Positions 29,488-37,321 of a stretch of 64,000 bases of DNA are shown here, one piece after another. How positions within the stretch are numbered: the stretch's first letter is position 1; the number at the start of each line of letters is the position of its first letter. Source of the DNA: Thermoproteota archaeon (GTDB taxonomy: Archaea; Korarchaeota; Korarchaeia; Korarchaeales; Korarchaeaceae). The notes below the pieces were generated by a model, which worked only from the letters and a program-made list of their open reading frames with translations, ran no database searches and was not told the DNA's origin. The stretch covers positions 32,001 to 96,000 of the forward strand of contig JAOZFN010000014.1 in the NCBI GenBank assembly GCA_027492205.1. The letters run 5' to 3'. Both the position numbers and the translations under genes were made by a program.

Positions 29488-30728
29488 CGCTCGATCACCT
29501 CCCTTGCCCAGTCCGATAGGGACACGCTGACGGACCTACCGTTCCTGCTGACGGTCACTACGCCGTGAAAGGCCATGACGTCCACGTTCCTCTTCACGGT
29601 CGGGGCCGAGACGCCCAGCCTCCTGGCGAGCCCCCTCACGCTCTCCGGACCGTCGAGGAGTAGGGTCTCTGCCAACCTCCTCCTCACCTCGCTCGCGAGC
29701 AGGCTCCTCAGTCGGGCCTCGTTGGCCATCTCGGGCGGGTAGTATATCCTCCTCCCCAGAAACACGGTGGAGGACACCAGCCCCCTGCTCTCCAGGACGT
29801 AAAGGTGCCACCTGACCGTCGACTCCGGCTCCCCCAGCCTCGACGAGATCTCCCTCAGGTTCAAGCCGGGGTGCCTCCTCAGCAGGCTGAAGATGGCCGA
29901 CCTCTTGCCGTCCCTGAGGGCGTCTGCCCTACGTATCCTAACGACCAGGGACGCGATCAGGGCCTTCCCCCTCCTGGATCTCCTCACCAGCTCCCCCGTG
30001 CCCAGCCCTCCGGCGAGGGCGACGGCGCCGATCAGGGCGGGTGGGGCCGGGTGAGGCCTGGACGTCGCCCTGAGCAGGAGCTCCTCGGTCACCCTCACGA
30101 GGTCCCTGTCTCCAGAGTCCCAGTAGGGCCAGACCGGGTTGAAGGCCAGGGCGAGCACCGCCCCGCCGCCGCACCTCGCCAAGACAGCAGCGGGGCCTCC
30201 GTCTCTGAACCTCGCGAGCACCTCCCCGTCGGTGAACTTCAGCTCGGCTCGACCGTAACTGGCCGGATCGTATTCCACCCCTCCCAGGCCCCCGCTGGGA
30301 CTGAACTCAAGCTCGATCAAGTCGCCCCCGGTTTTGGGGAAGTCCCAGGGGAGTGTCAAGAGTCCCTCGAGCGCGCCCAGGTAGAGGAGGGTGTTTGCGT
30401 CCGCGACCAGCAGGCCGCCCCCCTCGACGTACGACCTGATCGCCCGGGCGACCTCGGGCGGCATGTCCCTCCCGTTCCAGTCGAGGATCACCAGGGCGTT
30501 TGGACGCAGGGAGGACCAGTCTTCGATGTCGCCCGCCCAGGCGACGCGGAGTGGGATGCCGAGAGATTTCAACTCGATTGCGAACCTAAAATCTGGCTCG
30601 TCCAGGGCCACAAAAAGCAGTTCACCGCCGACGGCTGAGGAGGCGCTGATCCCGGCCGACAGCAGGCCCAGCAGGATGCCCAGCGAGAGCGCCCTCGCCA
30701 GCCCCTTCCGGCCGATGGAAATCGGCAC
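29448..30728 (-). CDS. Membrane-anchored transcription regulator: extracellular GATase1-like domain plus tandem ArsR-like wHTH
   Basis: YVEGGGLLV, GPAAVLARCGGGAVLALAFNP, TM helix, IFSLLRRHPGLNLREIS...VRWHLYVLE, second HTH VRGLARRLGVSAPTV. GTG at 30728 lies about 25 nt below an ATAAAAA box. Confidence 0.82.
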   Translation of the reverse strand: MPISIGRKGLARALSLGILLGLLSAGISASSAVGGELLFVALDEPDFRFAIELKSLGIPLRVAWAGDIEDWSSLRPNALVILDWNGRDMPPEVARAIRSYVEGGGLLVADANTLLYLGALEGLLTLPWDFPKTGGDLIELEFSPSGGLGGVEYDPASYGRAELKFTDGEVLARFRDGGPAAVLARCGGGAVLALAFNPVWPYWDSGDRDLVRVTEELLLRATSRPHPAPPALIGAVALAGGLGTGELVRRSRRGKALIASLVVRIRRADALRDGKRSAIFSLLRRHPGLNLREISSRLGEPESTVRWHLYVLESRGLVSSTVFLGRRIYYPPEMANEARLRSLLASEVRRRLAETLLLDGPESVRGLARRLGVSAPTVKRNVDVMAFHGVVTVSRNGRSVSVSLSDWAREVIERWLLGRQGADGSS

Positions 30729-30867
30729 AAGATCTGTTGCGGCGGCGCTCTTTTTATTCGTTTTCGCCGCCAATCGTACTCAGCGAACGCCGAATCCCGG
30801 CGAGTGGGGAAATCGGATCGGGCCGGGGAGACCCCACCAATGGACAGATTGGCGGGGGAGTGAGTCG

Positions 30868-31617
30868 TCATATCTTCCCCGTCAGCCTGGCCCTGAGGGT
30901 CATCCTCTTGAGCTCGGCGATCAGGCTCCCCGGCCTGATGTGCTTGGGGCACACCTCGGCGCACGCGTAGACCTGGTGGCACCTCCAGACTCCGGAGGCC
31001 TCGCTGTCTGCCACCAGGAGCCTCAGGGGCTTCACGTCGTCCCTCTCCCTAGAGTCCACCGCGAACCTGTACAGCTGGGTCAGCGCCGCGGGCCCCAGGA
31101 AGAGCGGGTCCGTCGCGGCCACCGGACACGCGGAGACGCAGGCCCCGCACCATATGCAGTCGGAGGGGGACTTGTACCTCTCGAACTCCATTGGGGAGAC
31201 CCTTGGCTCTCGCACGCCCTCCCTCGGGTAGAGGTAGGGCATTACGGCCTCCATCTGCCTCAGGAACGGCTCTATGTCCACGACGAGGTCCTTGAGCACC
31301 CGGAAGTGGGCCAGGGGCTCCACCTTCACCCTCCTGCCCAGGTCCGCGATCTGGGTCTCGCAGGCCAGCCTCTGCACCCCGTTTATCATCATGGCGCAGG
31401 AGCCGCAGATCTTGGCCCTGCAGCTGTACCTGAACGACAGGGTGGGGTCGAGCTCCTGCAGGATGTAGAGCAGCCCGTCGAGGACCGTCATGCCCCTCCG
31501 GTAGGGGACCTCGTACTCCACGTAGTAGGGGGCCCTGTCCCTCCTAGGGTCGAATCGGAAGACTGTGAACCTGACGGTCTCGCCCTCCCGAACCCGCCCG
31601 GGCATTCGCCGACTCAC
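30868..31617 (-). CDS. sdhB: Succinate dehydrogenase/fumarate reductase Fe-S subunit
   Basis: SCRAKICGSC...LAC, CIWCGACVSACP and CHQVYACAEVCP motifs. Confidence 0.95.
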   Translation of the reverse strand: MSRRMPGRVREGETVRFTVFRFDPRRDRAPYYVEYEVPYRRGMTVLDGLLYILQELDPTLSFRYSCRAKICGSCAMMINGVQRLACETQIADLGRRVKVEPLAHFRVLKDLVVDIEPFLRQMEAVMPYLYPREGVREPRVSPMEFERYKSPSDCIWCGACVSACPVAATDPLFLGPAALTQLYRFAVDSRERDDVKPLRLLVADSEASGVWRCHQVYACAEVCPKHIRPGSLIAELKRMTLRARLTGKI

Positions 31618-31624
31618 CCCCTCC

Positions 31625-33325
31625 TCAGTACCTCCTCTCCGTGGGCTGCCACTTGGTGATCACCACCGGCTTGTAGTCGAACTCCGGCCCGTCCGGCGTG
31701 TAGAAGGCCAGCGTGTGCTTAAGCCATTTCTCATCGTCTCTCTTCGGGTAGTCCGTGCGGTAGTGCCCGCCCCTGCTCTCCGTACGCCTCAGCGCGCCCT
31801 CGGCCACCACCAGCGCCACGTCGAGCATCCCCTCAATGATGAGGGCGTCCAGCAGGCCCTGATTGAACGGCCCGGGCGGAGCCGGGACACCGGCACTCTC
31901 CCGATACTCCTTTCTCAGCCTCCTGATGGTCTCCACACCCTTCCTGAGACGCTCCTCATCCCTGAAGATCCCCACGTAGTCCCACATGGCCTGCTGCATG
32001 TCCCTCCTTATCCTGTAGGGGTTGGAGTGTCCCTCCTCCCTGCCCCTCTCCAGCAGGACCTTGATCCTTCCCTCGACCTCCTCCAGGGCTCTCTCAACGG
32101 CCTCCTTCCCGTCGAACTCCCTGCGCTCGACGTCCTCGGCGGCCGACGCCCCCGCCCTGGCCCCGAAGACCACGCACTCCAGGAGGGAATTGCCCCCCAG
32201 CCTGTTGGCCCCGTGGACGCTGACGCACGCACACTCGCCGGCCGCGTACAGGCCCTTGATCCTGGCCCTACCGTGCTTGTCTGTCTCTATCCCGCCCATG
32301 GTGTAGTGCTGGCCCGGCTGGACGGGGATCGGCTCCTCCCTCGCGTCGACGCCCGCGAACTTGAGGGCCAGCTCCCATATCTGCGGGAGCCTCTCCATTA
32401 TCAGGTCGGCCCCGAGGTGGGATATGACCAGGTGAACGTACTCGTTCTCGAACCCCCTCCCCTCCAGCACCTCGGTCCATATGGCCCTGGCCACTATGTC
32501 CCTGGGGGCCAGCTCCATCTTCTCCGGGGCGTACCTCTCCATGAACCTCTCGCCCTCGGCGTTGAGCAGGATCCCCCCCTCCCCCCTGGCCGCCTCGCTG
32601 ATGAGGATGTTCGTCCCGTAGAGCGTCGTCGGGTGGAACTGGATGAACTCCATGTCCTCGAGGGGCGCGCCAACCCAGTAGGCCAGGGCCATGCCGAAGC
32701 CGGTGCTGTGGTGGCTGTTGGTGGTCCTGGCGTAGATCCTGCCAGCCCCGCCGGTGGCCATGATCACGGCCTTGGCCTCGTAGGCCTCCAGCTCCCCGGT
32801 CTGGACGTTCATGGCCACGAGGCCCCTCACGCCCTCCTCGTCCCGGGCGAGGCGGAGCACCGCCCTCTCGTTGTAGAAGGTTACCCCCAGCCTGAGGGCC
32901 TGCTGGAACACGGTGTGCATGACCGCGTGGCCCGTCTTGTCGGCCGCGTAGCAGGTCCTCGGGAACCCCGCCCCGCCGAAGGGCCTCTGAGCTATCCGAC
33001 CGTCCTCGAACCTGCTGAAGGGGACGCCCCACCTGTCGAGCTCCAGCACCCTCTCTATCGCGTCCTGACAGTACTCCAGCACCGCGTCCTGGTCGGCCAG
33101 GTAGTCCGCGCCCTTGATCGTGTCGAAGGCGTGCCTCTCGACGCTGTCGCTGGGGTCGGCGTTGCCGAGGGCCGCGTTTATCCCCCCCTGGGCCGCCACC
33201 GAGTGGGACCTCATCGGGTAGAGCAGGCTCACGACGGCCACGTCCGCCCCGCGGAGCTTGGCCTCGACCGCGGCCCTGAGGCCCGCGAGCCCACCTCCGA
33301 CGACGATCACGTCGTGCCTCTCCAA
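31625..33325 (-). CDS. sdhA: Succinate dehydrogenase/fumarate reductase flavoprotein
   Basis: GGGLAG, RSHSVAAQGG, QFHPT, ELAPRD, HYTMGG, HGANRLGGNSL and ESRGGHYR motifs. Confidence 0.97.
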   Translation of the reverse strand: MERHDVIVVGGGLAGLRAAVEAKLRGADVAVVSLLYPMRSHSVAAQGGINAALGNADPSDSVERHAFDTIKGADYLADQDAVLEYCQDAIERVLELDRWGVPFSRFEDGRIAQRPFGGAGFPRTCYAADKTGHAVMHTVFQQALRLGVTFYNERAVLRLARDEEGVRGLVAMNVQTGELEAYEAKAVIMATGGAGRIYARTTNSHHSTGFGMALAYWVGAPLEDMEFIQFHPTTLYGTNILISEAARGEGGILLNAEGERFMERYAPEKMELAPRDIVARAIWTEVLEGRGFENEYVHLVISHLGADLIMERLPQIWELALKFAGVDAREEPIPVQPGQHYTMGGIETDKHGRARIKGLYAAGECACVSVHGANRLGGNSLLECVVFGARAGASAAEDVERREFDGKEAVERALEEVEGRIKVLLERGREEGHSNPYRIRRDMQQAMWDYVGIFRDEERLRKGVETIRRLRKEYRESAGVPAPPGPFNQGLLDALIIEGMLDVALVVAEGALRRTESRGGHYRTDYPKRDDEKWLKHTLAFYTPDGPEFDYKPVVITKWQPTERRY

Positions 33326-33346
33326 GGGCGATCCCCCTCAGCCGGC

Positions 33347-33736
33347 TCAGAGGCCCACTGCATAGGCCCAGTAAACCATGAAGATCACGGTGGCCACCAG
33401 CACGGCTATGAACAGCTTGTCCTCCCTCTCCGCGGCCCACCCGAAGGCCTCGATCAGGATCACCCTGATCCCGTTGAAGGCGTGGTAGGCTCCCGTGAAC
33501 AGGATCAGGTCGTCGGTAAGGAGCGTCCCGCCAGGGAACGCGTAGCCGAAGTGGTTGGCCAGCACGTGCACGACGGCGCCGAAGACCATGAGGGCTCCGG
33601 TCACCCTCTGGAGGAGCCAGGCCCACATGCCCAGGCCCCTCCTCCTAACGTGGGCGACCCAGTGGACCACGTTCCTGAAGTCCGCTCCGGGGTTCCTAAC
33701 CTCCCGCGGCGCCGGGGCTGACTCCTCGTCGGGCAT
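33347..33736 (-). CDS. sdhC: Succinate dehydrogenase cytochrome b556-type membrane anchor
   Basis: WLLQRVTG, YHAFNGIRVILIE, three TM helices; adjacent to sdhA. Confidence 0.85.
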   Translation of the reverse strand: MPDEESAPAPREVRNPGADFRNVVHWVAHVRRRGLGMWAWLLQRVTGALMVFGAVVHVLANHFGYAFPGGTLLTDDLILFTGAYHAFNGIRVILIEAFGWAAEREDKLFIAVLVATVIFMVYWAYAVGL

Positions 33737-33868
33737 GTTGGCTCGGGGGGCCGGGGCCCATTTCTGTTAAAAGATTGTCTTTACCCGAAAGGGGAAGCGC
33801 CTGAAGCCCGGGATCTCCCCCATCGCCCCCCCCGATCCGTCGTTCTGGGATGGTGGGTGCTGGCGGAC

Positions 33869-34426
33869 TCAGTGGATGAGCTTGAGCCTCTTCGCGGTCT
33901 CGACAACCAACCTGCCCACCTGATCCTCCCCCTCCAGGGGGAACACCGGGACCTCTCCCCCCGAGCTGGATCTGAGCGGGCCCCGGACCTCAGCGGCGCA
34001 GACGGCGGCGACCACCGGGTCCGCCAGCCCACGGAGGATCGCCTGCGCCTCCCTCGGACCGTGAGCCACCACCACCTTCAGCACGTCTTCCCTGCGCCCG
34101 GCCAGTCGGTCGAAGCCGCTCAGGACGACCGCGTCGGGCGGCACCCTCTGGCCGGCCTCGAGAAGACGGAGCAGGTCCTCGAGCGACTTTGGCGCCGTTA
34201 CCACCGTCACGCGACTCCTCCTCCTGCCCACGAGGGCAACGAGGCTGGCCCCGGAGTTCTCCAACAGGCCTGCCTCCGTATCAGGCCTCTCCCTCACAGC
34301 GGACTCTGAGGCGGCCCTGGAGGCGGCGCCGACTCTGTACCCCCTGGAGCTGAGCGCCCTCACCAGCGCGCCCGCGACGCTGGCGCGCTCGGGCCCCCTT
34401 GGACCTGACACGAGGACCACGAGCAA
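33869..34426 (-). CDS. Degenerate MobB-like protein
   Basis: VLVSG.....A..LV.AL..RGYRVG, DT..L...GA, DAVVLSGF and KVVV follow the MobB pattern, but the P-loop GKT is lost. Confidence 0.55.
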   Translation of the reverse strand: MLVVLVSGPRGPERASVAGALVRALSSRGYRVGAASRAASESAVRERPDTEAGLLENSGASLVALVGRRRSRVTVVTAPKSLEDLLRLLEAGQRVPPDAVVLSGFDRLAGRREDVLKVVVAHGPREAQAILRGLADPVVAAVCAAEVRGPLRSSSGGEVPVFPLEGEDQVGRLVVETAKRLKLIH

Positions 34427-34444
34427 GCAAAAATCCCCCCACGG

Positions 34445-34759
34445 TCAGGACTCGGCGAAGAGCCTCCGCTGAATGGCCATCTTGATTCTCAAGAACCAGT
34501 TCTGAGCCTCCTCCCTCGCCTGGGCGGAGGCGTCCCGAGAGGCCAGCATCGAGCTTAGGGCGCCGACCGTCTCCCTGAGGCCGAACCTCTCCAAGGGCTC
34601 CGAGAGTGTGTCTGCGGCCTCAATCGCCTCCTCGAACCTCCCCGAGGCGAGGAGATCCACGAGTCTGAGGAGCTGGGCCAGGTACCTCCGGTCGGCGTAG
34701 CTGCAGGCGACCGCCAGCCTCCTGAGATAGAACTGGAGGTTGTCTCCCCCGCCGCTCAA
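34445..34759 (-). CDS. Hypothetical helical protein
   Basis: Host-like codon usage; co-oriented and closely packed with its neighbours. Confidence 0.6.
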   Translation of the reverse strand: MSGGGDNLQFYLRRLAVACSYADRRYLAQLLRLVDLLASGRFEEAIEAADTLSEPLERFGLRETVGALSSMLASRDASAQAREEAQNWFLRIKMAIQRRLFAES

Positions 34760-34793
34760 CGTCGGGAACCACCCCGGTGGTTCAGATTAACCT

Positions 34794-35228
34794 TCACCGA
34801 TCCGCGTGGGGCTCGAACTCGCCCTCCTCGCATACCCTCCCGGTGAAGAACAGCTCCGCTATTTCCCCCGCCGACCTCGCGAAGACCTCCGGACCATCGT
34901 CGTCGGGGAGGCCGACCGACAGAACCGTGATCGAGCACCCGGTGGGCTCCTCCAGGTGTATGGAGAGGACCAGCTCCCCGTCAACCTCCTCCCACTCGTC
35001 TCCGTCCATAAGGGACTTCCTGTAGTACCTCGCCCTCCACCTCCCGAACTCGATCGTGACGGCGGAGGCACCCACGAACCTGGCCAGGCCCTCCACGGCG
35101 CCCAGCAGGTAGGCCCTCAGCTCCTCGACGTCCATCGAGAGGAGCGACCATGGATCGCTCCTCGCCCTGCTGACGAGGTCCTCCCACTTTCGCTCGATCG
35201 CCTCAACGTCCACCTCCGCGTCGGCCAA
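34794..35228 (-). CDS. Hypothetical acidic protein
   Basis: RBS-like GGGGGAGGG before TTG; host-like composition. Confidence 0.6.
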   Translation of the reverse strand: MADAEVDVEAIERKWEDLVSRARSDPWSLLSMDVEELRAYLLGAVEGLARFVGASAVTIEFGRWRARYYRKSLMDGDEWEEVDGELVLSIHLEEPTGCSITVLSVGLPDDDGPEVFARSAGEIAELFFTGRVCEEGEFEPHADR

Positions 35229-35259
35229 TTTCCCTCCCCCCTCAGGGATCGCGCGGGTA

Positions 35260-35745
35260 CTAAAAGTCTGCCGCCCGCTGCGAATCGAGAGCGTGCCTAA
35301 TGTCTCGGGCCGCCCTCCTCAAGGCCTCGACGACCTTCTCCCTGACGCCCCGATTTGACAGGTGGACCTCGGCCTCCGCTATCGCCGCCTTCACCTCTCT
35401 CATGGCCTCGACGACGTCCTCCGGGATCTCCGACTCGAGCAGGACGCTGGCGGCCTCCACAAACCTCTCGTAGTCCCTCCTGAGGCTGACCCTCGCCTCC
35501 TCCAGCCTCGAGGCGAGCTCCCTCCCGCTCGGGGTGAGGTAGTAAACCTTCCTCCGGCCCTCCTCCCTCCTGGCCACGATGCCCCGTGACTCGAGGTCTC
35601 GGAGGAGCGGGTAGACCGTCCCGGGAGACGGTCTCCAGTACCCGGTCTTCCTCTCAATCTCTTTGATGATGTCGTACCCGGTGAGTTCCCCCTTCTCCCT
35701 CAGCATCCTGAGTATCACGATGCGGAGGAGGCCCATCCCAGCCAT
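35260..35745 (-). CDS. PadR family transcription regulator
   Basis: GLLRIVIL.ML, TGYDIIKEI, PSPGTVYPLL and RKVYYLT..G motifs; ATG at 35745. Confidence 0.92.
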   Translation of the reverse strand: MAGMGLLRIVILRMLREKGELTGYDIIKEIERKTGYWRPSPGTVYPLLRDLESRGIVARREEGRRKVYYLTPSGRELASRLEEARVSLRRDYERFVEAASVLLESEIPEDVVEAMREVKAAIAEAEVHLSNRGVREKVVEALRRAARDIRHALDSQRAADF

Positions 35746-35895
35746 CGTCCGTCGGCGTCCCTCGTCCTCCAGCCCGCTCCCTTCGCAGCAGCCCCCCGAC
35801 ACCTGTCGTGTTTCGAAGGACTCAGTTTTAACGTCTCCGAGCGCCGTCCCGGTGGGCGGCAGGCACTTATAGCCCACGGGCTAGACGGACCCGCG

Positions 35896-36390
35896 ATGAA
35901 GCCCCGCTACGACCTCCTCATCCTAGACTTGGATCTGACCGTTTGGGATCACGAGGACGCATCTTCGCTCGTGCCTCCCTACCAGAGGGTGTCCGAGGGC
36001 GCCGCGGCGGACTCTCGCGGAACGACGATCCGCCTTCGGCCCGGGGTAAGGGAACTCCTCTCGCGTTGCGCCGAGTGGGGGATACGCGTAACGGTAGCCA
36101 GCTGGAACAGGCCCGATGTGGTCTTTCCCCTCCTGAGGACCCTGGATCTCGACCGGTTTCTCTGGAACCCGGTGATAGAGTTCCACCCGGACAAGGTGGC
36201 CATGGTGGCCAAGATCCTGCGGGCCCTCGGGCCCGAGTGGGATGGGCGGGGGCTGTTCGTGGACGATAGGGAGGAGAACGTTCGGGCGGTCGCCGAGGCC
36301 TTCGAGAGGGTGGACGCCGTCCGGTTCGGCGTGGACGTCAAGTCCTTCCGAGACCTGGCCGAACTCCTCGTGGGCGGCAGGGAGGTGTGA
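35896..36390 (+). CDS. Magnesium-dependent phosphatase-1 (HAD IIIC)
   Basis: DLDLTVW, ASWN, K and FVDDR motifs. Confidence 0.88.
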   Translation: MKPRYDLLILDLDLTVWDHEDASSLVPPYQRVSEGAAADSRGTTIRLRPGVRELLSRCAEWGIRVTVASWNRPDVVFPLLRTLDLDRFLWNPVIEFHPDKVAMVAKILRALGPEWDGRGLFVDDREENVRAVAEAFERVDAVRFGVDVKSFRDLAELLVGGREV

Positions 36391-36394
36391 GGGG

Positions 36395-37312
36395 GTGGAG
36401 TACGCGGAGCTGGGTCGGACGGGCATCAGGGTTTCAAGGATCGGGCTGGGGACCTGGCAGATAGGGGCCTCCTACTGGGGCTGGGGGAGGGAGTACACCC
36501 GGGAGGAGGCTCTGAGGGTGATAAGGACCGCCATCGAGCTCGGGGTCAACTTCATCGACACCGCCGAGATCTACGGCGGGGGCACGTCGGAGAGGATCGT
36601 GGGTGTGGCCATAAGGGACGTGAGGGACGAGGTGGTCGTGGCCACCAAGGTCTCCCCCCTGCACCTGACCTACCGCGGGGTCAGGAGGGCCCTGGAGGGC
36701 AGCCTCAGGAGGCTAGGCCTAAGGTACGTGGACCTCTACCAGGTGCACTGGCCCAACCCCCTGATCCCGCTGGGCCAGACCATGAGGGCTATGGAGGACC
36801 TGCTTGAGGAGGGGAAGATCAGGGCCATAGGCGTCAGCAACTTCTCGCTAAAGAGACTTGAGGCGGCCAGGGGGCACCTGAGCAGGCACGACGTGGCGTC
36901 TGACCAGGTGGAGTACAACCTGCTTAAGAGGGACGTGGAGAGAGACCTCCTTCCGTACTGCGAGGGGGAGAGGATTACTCTCATCGCCTACAGCCCCCTG
37001 GCCCAGGGGCTCCTCACGGGAAAGTACGGCCCGGGCAGGATGCCGAGGGGGCTTCAGCGGAGGGTCATGATGGCGCTGAAGTACGGAGGCGTCAGGAGGC
37101 TGACCAGGGTCCTGGAGGTCCTCGGAGAGATCGCGAAGAGGCGGGGGGTGACCGTACCCCAGGTCTCCCTCAACTGGGTGCTCAGGAGCCGCGCGGTGGT
37201 CGCCATACCGGGGGCCAAGAGGGGGGAGCACGTCAGGCAGAACGTCGGCGCGGTCGGCTGGTCGCTGACCCAGGAGGAGCTGGAGGCCATCGAGGCGGCC
37301 CTGTCCCCGTGA
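36395..37312 (+). CDS. Aldo/keto reductase
   Basis: GLGTWQ, IDTAEIYG, ATK, DLYQVHWP, IGVSNF, AYSPLAQG and IPGAK motifs; GTG start at 36395. Confidence 0.95.
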   Translation: MEYAELGRTGIRVSRIGLGTWQIGASYWGWGREYTREEALRVIRTAIELGVNFIDTAEIYGGGTSERIVGVAIRDVRDEVVVATKVSPLHLTYRGVRRALEGSLRRLGLRYVDLYQVHWPNPLIPLGQTMRAMEDLLEEGKIRAIGVSNFSLKRLEAARGHLSRHDVASDQVEYNLLKRDVERDLLPYCEGERITLIAYSPLAQGLLTGKYGPGRMPRGLQRRVMMALKYGGVRRLTRVLEVLGEIAKRRGVTVPQVSLNWVLRSRAVVAIPGAKRGEHVRQNVGAVGWSLTQEELEAIEAALSP

Positions 37313-37321
37313 ACCCGGGCC

